Assembly: GCA_051294375.1 (NCBI GenBank)
Contig: CM119265.1
Location: forward strand, 11,781,818 to 11,845,817
Direction: 5' to 3'
From: Paraspadella gotoi
Lineage: Eukaryota; Animalia; Chaetognatha
DNA length: 64,000 nt
Shown here in pieces: positions 28,361 to 39,384 of this stretch (position 1 is its first letter; the number at the start of each line of letters is the position of its first letter). The position numbers and the translations under genes are program-made. The notes beneath the pieces were generated by a model that was not told where the DNA came from, did no database searches, and worked only from the letters and a program-made list of their open reading frames with translations.

Positions 28361-31300
28361 ACTCTCTCTCTATCCCCAACTTTATGATTGTGAAAATACA
28401 ACTGTCAAATGCTGATAAAGACTCGAAAAACAAGAGTCGAAACATATCCAATACTTTGTAAATAAAATCGTTGTAAAAATACAAAAACTTTCGTTTTCGA
28501 ATCTGCTATTACAGAACTCTTAATTTTTACTTTGTTCCGCCTTAATAAGGGTGATGTAAGCAACAATTGTAGCATGCCCATAACCAACAATATACGTGCT
28601 AAAATGAAAATTCTAAAGAGAGAAAATGAAGAACTCAATTTAGAAATATTTACTGGGACATGTTATCTTTAAAAGCTATTAAGCTACAGCAGCTTGAGAA
28701 GTTATTTTTATCCTTGATTTTTAAAAGCAATTTTAAGATGCTGTAAAAAATTTTTTTGAGTCGGATCTGCTCATCTCCTTATCTGCATATCCCGACTCTA
28801 TAATTCACTTTGTCGGTCCGTCCCCTCAATCTTGTCGGGCATTCACTTCTATCATCTCAGAACATCGAATTATGATTAATTATGTTTAGAGATGAAACGA
28901 AAAATTTGTTGTAATAGCAATTTTTTATTTTTATTAATGTACATGTTTCGACTCTTAGTATTACGAGTCTTCATTAGCAAAAAAATTGCTATTACAACGA
29001 ATTTTTCGTTTCATCTCTAAACTATTTTAAATAGCAAAAAGAAAGTCAAAATACAATGATTAATTATGCAAACAAATGTCTGTCCGTCCGTCTGTCCATT
29101 TGTCCGTCCGTCCCACCTTACTCGTGATTGGATAGATGGATTGGAATGAAATTTTGTATGTGGGTAGGGAAGCGTGTGATTGAGCTGGATATGAAGTTTC
29201 GATGGAATCGTCCGAGAGGAAATTAGTTCAAATGAAAAAAACAAAAAATATATTTCACTATTTGAACACCAATTATTCATGAGTGGATAGGGCGATTGAC
29301 CTGAAATTTTGTATGTGGGTAAGAAAGTGTGTGATTAAGCTAGAAATCAAGTTGCGATGGAATCGTTTTAGTGGAAATAAATTTAAATGACAAAAAAAAA
29401 TTGTTTCACAAATTTATTATGCTTCTTTTTCTTTTTATATGAATGTAAATGCAAGATGTATGAATTAATCAAATAATTAATCAGTTAATTAATCAATCAA
29501 AACAAACATTTTGGATCAAATTAATTAATTTCCTAATTAATTAATTAACTTTAATCAATGAATTAATTGCCAAATTAATTAATTACCTAATTAATTAATT
29601 TGAATTAATTAATTGACTAATTAACTAAATAACTTGAATTAATTATTAATTAATTACCGACAGATCCAACATTGTTTGCTCAAACTTGTTTTTCTTAAGG
29701 TAGTAGTGGCCCCTCTGGCTGAGTACAATCTCTGTAAGCTTATGAAAACAATAACTAATTTAGTTGGCACTATGTATAAAATATCAAGTTAATAGCATAA
29801 TTCAATCTAATGCAGCATCAGATAAAAACAAATCTTTCTTTCAGAAGCGTTTATGAAGAGCAACTGTGATTCTTTTGGGTGCTGTGGCTGTGTCCTTATT
29901 GCAACAGTGCTTATCGCATTGCATTAATAGAAAAAAAAAAGTCTGGTTAAGTATCTTCAATTAAAAATTTTTATTTTAATGCACACAATATGTCATAAAG
30001 TAAAAACAAGGAACGGTTATTCCAAGGTGTTGCGCCGCATTACTTTTCTTCTGACTTATTATATCATTTATTCCTTATAGTTTATAAGATTTCTTTGGTA
30101 AACATAATGTATTCACCTTTCTTTTTTGTTGTTAGTTTGATAGTAGAAAAGAACAGTTTTAATGATTTTTTACAACAAATAATAATAAAAAATTTGTTGT
30201 AAAAAATCATTAAAACTTTGATTTTTTTACTAAGATTTTTTTAAAAACAAAAGGCGGCGCCAATAGTCATTTAGATTTGATTTTTAAGAGGAAAGGTCAT
30301 TCAGCATAACAATACATAATCATTGATGTGTTAGAGCTAATATATCAAGAAATACATTATAGTCATCAGTAATCACAAAAAAAATAAGTTCTTATTTATA
30401 TGTAAACATTCCGTTTTCAATATTTTTTTTTAAATGGGTAAATAACAAAATTGTTAAGTTAAATGGGTAAGCACATTTTTTAAAGATTTGTTTTTCAATC
30501 TGGTTGTTTAAAAATTCTAGGTAAGAAGTTAAAACACGGTATGGGATAGTTTAGAAGGGGAGAATTAAGCAATTAATCTCGTTACTCTGTTGGTTTTCCA
30601 GTCATAACAAAATTCTTCAGTTAAATAGATGGTAAAGAAATTCGAGCTACAATGAATCTACACTGAATTTGAAGAGTTGCAGCCTAAACGACTGCAATAA
30701 TATTGAATTAAAAATTTGATTAGCAATCTTAAAAACATTTGTAAAAATGTAATAGAGAGACATTTTGATAAACGCGTTCCAGTAAGAAAGAATTCAGGGT
30801 TAAAGTTTAAAAACATTTCATTTTCAAGGATACAAGTTGAAATTTAAAAATGTCTCTCTATTACATTTTTCTAATTCAGTAATAAAAAATTCTTAAAAAA
30901 ATATCAGGTGGATTGGCCTTTTCGTTTGACCTGCAACTCTTCAGATAGGTTTCTTTTATTTTATATTATAATTAAAACCGATATAAAATTGGGTAGAATG
31001 CATCAAATGCTTAAAGTGAATACATTTTCGGAATCGCCAGGAGCTCAGCTTTCTGAATTTGTACTCCATTTTAGCCTATTTTAAGTTGAATTGAATGACC
31101 CTTTTTCTTAACAAATGATCAACAAACTATAAACAAGTTATAAACGTTTTTAACGCAAGTAGGACACACCGACAGACTGACCAACCGACGGACCGAAAAG
31201 TGACTTAGTGATACGGATTTTTATAATTCACTTTGTCGGTCCGTCGGTCCGCCCCTTCAACCTTGTTGGGCATTCACTTATATCATGTCAGAACATCGAA

Positions 31301-32462
31301 TTATGTTAAATTTTGCAAAAAAAAAAAGATGTCCGTCCATCTGTCCCACCTTAGCAAAAAACACCAATTTCTCGCGATTGGATGGATGGATTTGAATGAA
31401 ATTTTATGTGTGGGTAGGGAAGTGTGTGATTGAGCTGAATATGAAGTTTCAATGGAATCGTCCGAGTGGAAATGAATTTAAATGGAAAAAACAAAAAAAT
31501 ATATTTCAATATTTGAACACCAATTACTCAAGAGTGGATGGGGCGATTGACTTGAAATTTTGTATTTGGGTAGAAAAGTGTGTGATTAAACTGGAAATCA
31601 AGTTTCGATGGAATCGTTTGAGTGGAAATGAGTTTAAATGGAAAAAACAAAAACCTATTTCACTAATTGATTATGCTTCTTTTTCTTCTTATTTTAAATG
31701 TAAATACAAGATGTATTAATTAATCAAATAATTAATTAGTTAATTAATCAATTAGTCAATTAATTAATCAATAATTAATTAATCAGTAAATTAATCAATC
31801 AAAACAAACATTTTGGATCAAATTAATTGCATAATTAATTAAATAATTAATTATTTATTAATTAATTAATTACCGATAATGATCGTGGGCAGATCCGACA
31901 TTGTTTGCTCAAACTTGTTTAAGTTTTGAATCCCTACCCTGTATATAACAAAGCACCGACCGGTGGTAGCTAAAGTTGGTTACGGACGTCGAATAGTAAA
32001 GTTACCCAAAACGTTTGCTTGCTGTCCTTACCAGTCTGCCCGCAATTAAAGCAGGACCCGCCGCCGCCGCCGCCGCCGCCGCCACGGCCACGTGATCCTC
32101 GGCCCCCGCCGCCTCCGTCGCGATACCCGGAGGATTCGCTTTTATTCTGACAATCCCGCGAGATGTGACCAGCCTCCCCACAATTGTAACAATTACGAGT
32201 GCCGCCGCCGCCGCCGCCACCGCGGTATCCGCCACCTCCACCGTAACCACCTCCCCCATAGCCTCCGCCGCCACCGCCTCCGTAGCCGCCACCGCCATAA
32301 CCGCCACCGCTTGAACGTCCCTCCGGGCAATTCCTATACGAATTTTTTTTAAAATCAATTTTCCATTATTTTGTAGTGAATAAAAATTAAAAATTCTTTC
32401 AGAAAACCGCACCTTGAGATATGGCCAGGCTTCTGGCAATTGTAACACAGACGGTCTCCCAT
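15505..32462 (-). CDS. CNBP: CNBP/GIS2-like paralog C; exons 32413-32462, 32032-32333 and (inferred) 15505-15602
   Basis: Exon 1 is [17 protein letters not shown]. Exon 2 closely matches paralog B exon 2 and ends at a phase-1 donor (ACTG|gtaaggacagc). An orphan last exon at 15505-15602 has a matching acceptor (tttgcag|GTCAC) and is nearly identical to B exon 3. Confidence 0.7.
16900..17057. other. Assembly gap (N run); a second gap lies at 20035-20059
   Basis: N runs in the sequence. Confidence 1.
18868..18914 (+). ncRNA. Minimal type I hammerhead ribozyme
   Basis: CTGATGA-a-GGCTTG/CAAGCC (stem II)-GAAA-CATGCATG-TC. Confidence 0.8.
20525..23060. mobile_element. Non-autonomous hAT-type DNA transposon inserted in Gypsy pol (second partial copy starts at 17653)
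   Basis: TIRs CAGAGATGTGGAAGCGATC / GATCGCGTCCACATCTCTG and exact 8-bp TSD GTTGGAAT (20517-20524, 23061-23068). Confidence 0.85.
21731..21773 (+). ncRNA. Minimal type I hammerhead ribozyme
   Basis: CTGATGA-a-GGCTTG/CAAGCC-GAAA-CATG-TC; intact core, palindromic loop III. Confidence 0.85.
24024..24291. repeat. Interspersed repeat fragment (inverted copy at ~60575-60842)
   Basis: GATGCCCCATAATTATGGCTTTAATATGATACCAGTCTCATC matches the reverse complement near 60610-60650. Confidence 0.75.
24292..26006 (-). mobile_element. Penelope-like retroelement, 5'-truncated and frameshifted: RT C-terminus + GIY-YIG endonuclease, with an inverted pLTR at ~25690-26006
   Basis: [45 protein letters not shown]...[34 protein letters not shown]. 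The opposite-strand pLTR ends in a hammerhead. Confidence 0.92.
25964..26006 (+). ncRNA. Minimal type I hammerhead ribozyme
   Basis: CTGATGA-a-GACTC/GAGTC-GAAA-TATG-TC. Confidence 0.75.
26989..27031 (-). ncRNA. Minimal type I hammerhead ribozyme
   Basis: Reverse complement reads TG-CTGATGA-a-GACTT/GAGTC-GAAA-CATG-TC-CA. Confidence 0.85.
28409..28451 (+). ncRNA. Degenerate hammerhead ribozyme (core CTGATAA, probably inactive)
   Basis: CTGATAA-a-GACTC/GAGTC-GAAA-CATA-TC; mirror copy of the 26989-27031 motif with a G8>A change. Confidence 0.6.
28885..29055. mobile_element. Miniature palindromic hammerhead-bearing Penelope derivative
   Basis: ~42-bp inverted arms around a degenerate hammerhead, 33-nt tail, 13-bp TSD ATGATTAATTATG (28872-28884, 29056-29068). 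Confidence 0.8.
28938..28980 (-). ncRNA. Degenerate hammerhead ribozyme (core CTAATGA)
   Basis: Reverse complement reads CTAATGA-a-GACTC/GAGTC-GAAA-CATG-TA; G5>A change. Confidence 0.55.
30655..30950. mobile_element. Small palindromic MITE-like element
   Basis: Outer IR TGAAGAGTTGCAG..AAACGA / TCGTTT..CTGCAACTCTTCA; inner IR AAAATGTAATAGAGAGACATTTT / AAAATGTCTCTCTATTACATTTT. Confidence 0.55.
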
Positions 32463-35400
32463 TATTGCAGCTTCGTTGACTCTTATCAAAATTTCTCCGT
32501 GACAAAGCTCTTTTTGAAAGTTAAATAGAAAAAACATCAGATCAACATCAATGCGAAAAATTACCAGTGTCAAAAACGTGTCATATACAATGTATATCAG
32601 TACATCAGTATAACAGTAGAATGGAATAAACTAGAATCGATTATTTCTCCTCCTTGACTCGTGAGTAAAGCGTAGTAAAAATTATAAATTTAACTTTAAT
32701 TAAATTGTAAAAGTGAAGAACGAACAACATTATACTAATGAACATTTCTGTATGAAAAAATTGTATTATAAATTTTACAATTTATGCATTAGGCCATTAT
32801 ACGTAGTACTAATCTAATAAATGGTGAAATATCAAAATATTTTTTTTGTAAGCTTGAGGGGTATTGAAGACGTGAGGGAAAAATCGTATATTTCGCGGAG
32901 AGTAGTTTGGCAAAATATACCGAGGGGCAGGAAGAGAGGAAGAAGAAAAGGAGAATGGCACCGCAAAATAAATCCTCCTCTGGTCTCTGGTTAAAACTCT
33001 GCAGAAAAAACGTGGGCGAGATAGCGCCAAAATTATGCTAAAAATGGCTAGACTTTTTTTTATTATGCTAAATATTATGCCAAATTATCTTTTAGCTAAT
33101 TTAATGTAAAAATGTTATAAGAGTAAAGAGATATATATGTATATATATTATATATATACTATATAGATTAAGGCGTAGTAAAATTTCTAAATTTAACTTT
33201 AATTAAAATTCTAAAAGTGAGGAACGAACAATATTATACTAATGAACATTTATGTAAAAAAAAAATTATAATAAATTTTACAATTTACACAGTAGGCCAT
33301 ATTTATACTAGTACTAAACCAATAAATGTTAAAATTTTAAAACAGTTTTTTTTAAGATTTTTTTGCAGATTTGGATTCGTCATAAAAAGTTGGTAAAAAG
33401 AAATATAACTCTTTTTGAAAAATTCCTTCAAGTGGGTCAAAAATTAGAATAAGCTATATTTGAAGCTGAAAATTAATTTTTTATATATTAAATATAGTTT
33501 TTTTAATTTTTAACCCACTTATATATATAAAGAGATATACGAAAAAATCGTGAAAAAGTCAAGAAAAAACGCGAAATCAAAAACTGAACTAGTTGAGCGC
33601 GAAAAAGAAAATTAAGGAGCTCGTATTCCCGGATGAGGGAGAAAGCCGGCTTGGGATTTGCCGGGTTTCCATTGGTCAAGGCCGGTCACGTGACGGCATT
33701 CCTTGGATTTTCTTTTTTTCATCTTTCGATGTTATTTTGTTCGTTTTTCTTACTCTGATAAACGCGCGATCTATCAACTAGCGCGAACAAAAGGACATTT
33801 CGTGGCGAGGCGAACTTATATTTTAAGCTGAAATTAAAAAAATTATATGTTAAATATTGTTTTTTTTAATTTTTAACCCACTTAAGGGGACCCCAGTGAT
33901 AAAAATGATATCATAATCTTAAAGGTATCTATCATCAAAAAAATTTGAATGGTGATAGTCAATAATTTTTTTCCCACTTTCTATTATAATAGAAACAAAA
34001 TTTTATTAATTATTAAAAAAATTTTAGTTAATCCTACCTAAATATTTATATGATCCATTATTTTATTTTTGCATTAAAAAATATTTGTTATTAAATTTTA
34101 AATTTTTATTTTTTATTATACAAAGCTACAATTTTAGGTTTAAACCTTATTGAACAAAGGCCTTATTAAGCAAGAGTACATTATTCAATTACAAGCTGAT
34201 ATAGTTCATCCATCTATTTTTCGCCTTCCTGTGCAGTCATTCCTTATCAAAGTTATCAATAACTTGCACACATAAACCTGATGGTTCTCCTTGATATGTA
34301 TTAAAGTATGAGAGATGTAATATCATTGGAACGGTTTTTATTAAAGTTTAAATTAAGGGTGTTTTTCTGTATTTTTTAAGGTTTTGAAGGGTTATATTTC
34401 ATAATATAGTAGTTGTATTTAAAAAAAAATTATATATTTGTAATCAGTGCACCAAGGACAGTTGGTTGGCATAATTACTATTTTAAAAAAAACATTTGTT
34501 CAAAAAAATGCATATTTTGATATTTTGTTGAAAATTAATTTTGGATTAAAGAATAACAAATATTCTATTTATGCATTGTATGTTATTGGTGTATCAGTTA
34601 GCTATTATTTAAAATAATTTTTTTTGAAATTATCATAAGACCGAATATACAATATTATAAAAAATATATTGCTACTGTATGCAAATGAGTTTTAAACAAG
34701 CTGTATTTGATCATTTATTTTACCACTGGTTTAGGCAACCCCTCCCGGTTATATCACCATAATATAAGAGTATTTACTACCATATTTTTTTTACAGTATG
34801 CAAATTAATTTTTTGTCCAAAAAAATGCCCCTGCACAATTTTTTTTTTAAAGTGGCTCAAACTCTTATGGGGAATAAACCACCCTCAGGTCTAACCCGTA
34901 TTCGATTTTCAGCTGATTTCCAGCATTTACAAAAAAGTTACAGCCTCCCTGGACTTTTCCAGGTTCTTCAAAACCGATACTGTATCTTTTATATTACGAG
35001 GAAATCCAGCTTCTCTACCTTTTCTCCCAATGCTCTTTTGTTCTTTATTACTGACATTGAAAATGCCTCCGTTCTAGCGATCGCCACGACATCTTTAGGC
35101 TCTCTCTTTTGTTTATACTTAAGTACAGATTTCCGAAGGCAATGTACAGCTTGATTCTGATTGGTGCCCGTGATTTCGATAGATTTCGTGGTATCTCCAG
35201 ATCTCAAAGTTGTCACTGGGTTTTTAGTTCTTTTTCAGAGCATAGAAACTCTCTTATCAGATATCTCGGAATCTTATTTTTCGTGTGATCGCTGGTTTGG
35301 TGGACTTTTCTATGAGAGGAGCAATCTCTATTTTTGTTTATTATTGGCTTCAGAAACAAGTAAGACACTTTAAACTTATATATATTTGCTGAGTTTGTAC

Positions 35401-36000
35401 TAAATGTTTTGTTATTCCGTGCCCAGGACTTCTAACTTCTCAAGCATCAGACACGTCACAGACATTTCGTCAAGTCCTGGGCTTTGTAGATCGTCGTCCT
35501 TTTGGCCTTAGCCGACGTCATCTACTGAGACTGTCATCATCTCCAGGGCGTTTTGACCGGTGCCATTGTCTCTTCTGCGCCATTTAAACCCGAATTCATT
35601 TCGTCTTCAATGCGCAGAATTAGTCCAGTCAGTTAGAATTCAAAGACGCCACTTCTCCGAACTTAGTTCAATACAATTATTATTATTATTTCTTCATGCC
35701 TTCAAACACCTCAAGTGACGCCCTCTTCGCGGCTCTACACTAGAATGATGTGAAAAAGATAAAATTTTAGAAAATTACAATTTAGCATATGAAACATGAA
35801 CATAAAAACCATTAAAAATACTTTGGTAAATTTATTAATGTATAAAATTAAAAAATAAATTTACCAAAGTATTATATATATATATATAGTATTATATAAG
35901 TATATAATAGGCTAAAATTTTAAAATGCAAATTTTCAAATATTAAGATCGGATTTGGATTCCTTGCAAAAAGTTGATAGAAGAAAATATAATTCTTTTTT

Positions 36001-36433
36001 ATGATCCACATTCACATTTCAAATTTCACCTATCCTTTAGCTAATTGTTTATTATTCACTAATTATATATCAAATTTCACCAATATTAGTTTTTTTCAAA
36101 CTCTTTATCTCTGTTGTACATTGCAAAAATGTATCTTTATTATTTATCCCTGTTGTTTCTCTCTCTCTCTCTCTAACAAGTTTTACTTCTTTTCACAACT
36201 CACTCAATCTGCCCTCACCTTCAACCTGTCCTCACATCTGACCACTATTCTTTGTTGGAAAACTTTTACCCTCTCTCTCTTTTTCTCTCTCTCTCTCTCT
36301 CACACTCTTCCTTTACACAAAATTTTTAATGAATGTCAAATGCTGATGAAGGCTTGAAGCCAACAAGCCGAAACATGTCCGTCTCTTAATAATAAAAATT
36401 GTTGTAATAATTTAAAAAATATTTTGATTTCTC
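36001..36433 (+). mobile_element. Solo Penelope-type pLTR fragment with hammerhead (related copies at ~18616-18966 and ~21490-21825)
   Basis: Shares CTTTGTTGTACATT, CCTGTCCT..TCTGACCACT and (CT)n blocks with the pLTR arms; flanked by direct repeat AATTCTTTTTT (35990-36000, 36434-36444). Confidence 0.75.
36340..36382 (+). ncRNA. Minimal type I hammerhead ribozyme
   Basis: TG-CTGATGA-a-GGCTTG/CAAGCC-GAAA-CATG-TC-CG. Confidence 0.85.
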
Positions 36434-38879
36434 AATTCTTTTTTAAAAATTCTTTCATTAAGTTAGTCAAAAATGTAAAAAACTATATTTAAGACACCGA
36501 TTTTCAATTTCCAGCTGAAAAATATATTTTTTTATAATTTTAACCTATTTCAGGACATAATTTTTAAAAAAGATTTATAATTATTTCTATCAACTTTTAA
36601 CGAGGAATCTGAATCTGTTCTCAGAATTAAAAAAAAAAACCATTTTGAAATTTTGACATTATATAAGGGTAGTACTATATACAAAATAAGCTGACTGGGC
36701 TACTACATTTGTAAAAAAAGAAAAATAACTACAAATTAATATTTACTAATATGATAGTTTTCAATATATAATTGTTAAATTTCAATTCCAAACTTTCACG
36801 ACACCCTACTCTAAACATCAAACTTTGAACCTGGCGACTAAAAACAAGATCGAGCTTCGACTCTTTCTTTCTCTCTCTCTCCCTCCTCGGCGACTGAAAA
36901 TGGCGAAAGTTGAGATTGGACTAAGCTCTGACGAACAAAGCCAGAGGTTTTTTTAATATATTCTTATACCGGCTAAGGTAGAATGATGGCAATATTGTTA
37001 ATATTAAGTTTCAAAAAAATCCTACCATAAATATAGAAAATATTAACCAAAATATTCAAAAAATTGACCCCTTCTTTGGAAGATTTTCGCCATAGAAGAT
37101 TTTTCCCGAATCTGACTCCCGGTTGAAAACTCTTAGAATTCTGATCGTTAGCTCCTCTTTTACTTTTACTTTAAATAAAAATTTCACCAAAATGGACTAA
37201 TTCACTTTCCCATGATCGTATCATATCAAAATAACTAAAAATGTAAAGAAAAATTTTGAGAGCCCTTCAGACATATGGCTATCGGATTCCTGAATTTGAA
37301 GTTTATTGTAAAATCACAACATATGTTAAATGCGTTGACATTGTATTGAAGTTGAGAAATCCCTTTATTTTATATATAAAAATTGCGTCGAAAATATTTT
37401 CCCGAGCGGACCAGTCCATTTGAAACTGATGGTTTTATATCAAAATGATGGTTATTTGTTAAGAGGAAAAAAATGCGAGCCCTTCAGATGCAACAGGATC
37501 GGAATCGAGTGTTTTTACATCTATTTTTTACCTGAATTTTTCCCAGGGGCGTTGACATTATTTGGTAGTCAGATTTTAACGAAAATCTCCATTGAAAAAG
37601 TCTTCCTTGATTATTAAGAACGACGTAGACTCCTAACTAACCTCTTAAAAGAAAAAGAAAACGTTAGCCCCCTTGGAAGATAACAAAAAAAAGAAAAATT
37701 AAAATGTCCTTTTTTAAACTAAATCTTGAACATAAATCCAAAAATGGCCACGATAAACCTTAAAGATAAAACCAATTCTGACGACCTCAAAGGAGAATAT
37801 ATTGGCATCTTGGAAAACCTGATGAATTTTTCTAAAAGATTGCATACTAATAATGCAAACCCACAAATTCTGGACAAGAATATAATAGATCTACTTGAAT
37901 TGGTGCACATATGTCCCCTCTGCCTTTAAAAACCCAAACTGTCTCCACCTCAACCAACCCAAGTCAATGCTTCAACCCAGACCACAAAACCAAAGGCCAG
38001 TTGCAATCAATCTACTCAGAAAAAATTTCCTCACTCAACCTCCTCTTCCCAAACTACCCAAACCGCTATCATTTCTGATTCAGTTTTAACTCAAACCAAT
38101 GTTGCCAAGAATGATTCTCAAGTGCAGATCGACTTACCAACTGTCAAAGACAAAGCTAAAGATGTAAAAATTCAAGCGGGAGATACATTAGCTGGAAAAA
38201 ACCAAGGAAAAACTTCATTTGCAAGAAAAAACTTAAACAAGAATCAACACAAAAATCAAGCCTGCTCTCATCAGTCTCCGGTCAAAAAATGGGAAACAAA
38301 ATCAAAAAATGAAAGAAATAGACCCTGGAAAGAATACATGATCCCTCAAACCTGCGCTGAAAAGATCTATATCCCCCCTCATCGAGGAGTTCCTGAAGAC
38401 CAAAGAAGGCAACCTGCTTTTGGACAATGCAAAAAAACTTACCCTCAACTTACAACCATGGTTGCGTCAGAAATTTGCTACATTTTTGGGACAGACTCTA
38501 CCATTACCATTTTTTTGAGAATCAATATAAGTCATGATGCAGTGGCATAACTTGTCAATGACTGTGACAAATTAAAAATAAACCTTTAATTATTTAAATA
38601 GCTTTAATATTTTAATTTGTGACTTCTCTCACTTTTTTAGTTCTCTGTCTTTGTTTTTTTAGTCCAGAGGGAAGCATGACGATGTCATGCCACGCCATTG
38701 GGGGCCTGGACATGACATCTTGGTCAAGAAGGGGGACGCAGAGGAGGATTTAGCCTGCCGTCCAATTCTTCTCTTCCTCTTCTTTCTTCCTCCTCCTGCC
38801 CCTCAGTATATTTTGTCTAGTGATACATTCTCTCGTTTCTACTCTTCGCGAAATATACCATTATTTTTCCTTGAAAAGA

Positions 38880-39106
38880 TAGTAATAATTGTTATGTGTT
38901 AGTGACAGAACTGTTCAATATAAGCAGTCCCTGAGCTTCGGATCAGGCTGTAACACCGTGTTACAGGCGGGTTAAGCACCCCGTCCCTCTTAACTGCTAG
39001 GCGACCACCGGGCGAGAACCCCGGACCTTTGGGTTGGGAGGCGAATGACTTGCCTCTGGCACCAGTGGCCGCTGATGAACGGTTGGTAGATTTTAGTCCA
39101 CCATAC
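38880..39106 (-). mobile_element. tRNA-derived SINE-like repeat, copy 2
   Basis: Second copy of 11155-11378, inserted within the hAT-type element. Confidence 0.65.
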
Positions 39107-39384
39107 CCTCTATTTCTTCACGCCTTCAATACCCCTCAAGATAAGGATAGTGCTATATATAAATATAGCCTTCTGCAAAAATTAAAAAACAAATTTTTTT
39201 TTTTTACAAATTAATGTTCACTGATGTTATATTGTTCATAATTGATTTTTAGAATTTTTGTACATAACTTTCACTATGCTCTACTCGTGAGGACAAGGGT
39301 GAATTGGGTGGCGATCGCGGTTGCAAAGTGGATTAGGAAAAAGAAAACAGGAGGGTAAGTTCGAAGGCGCAGTAAGTCCAAAGC

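Larger units (their letters stand above)
26894..28506. mobile_element. Palindromic Penelope-like insertion (inverted pLTR arms ~26933-27561 and ~27841-28507; loop is the ORF 3' end)
   Basis: Arms are near-perfect reverse complements. The loop encodes [28 protein letters not shown], matching the Penelope copy at 24300-24600. 13-bp TSD TATTACAGAACTC (26881-26893, 28507-28519). Confidence 0.9.
28757..29690 (+). mobile_element. HINE/DINE-1-like family B; copies at ~9742-10570 (-), ~31215-31920 (+), fragments at 15625, 18465, 19400, 43430-43505
   Basis: subTIRs GTCGGATCTGC / GCAGATCCGAC, internal (GTCC/GTCT)n microsatellite, conserved end ATTGTTTGCTCAAACTTGTTT, T-rich insertion sites. Confidence 0.7.
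32666..39283. mobile_element. Composite non-autonomous hAT-type element (6.6 kb) with nested insertions
   Basis: Ends TAAAGCGTAGTAAAAATTA / TAACTTTCACTATGCTCTA with exact 8-bp TSD CTCGTGAG (32658-32665, 39284-39291); subterminal blocks at ~32850-32990 and ~38740-39140 are inverted relatives. Confidence 0.75.

Noticed and set aside
33590-33815. CCAAT and CACGTG motifs as a CNBP-C promoter
   Set aside because: They lie inside the TSD-bounded 32666-39283 insertion, and such short motifs are expected by chance.
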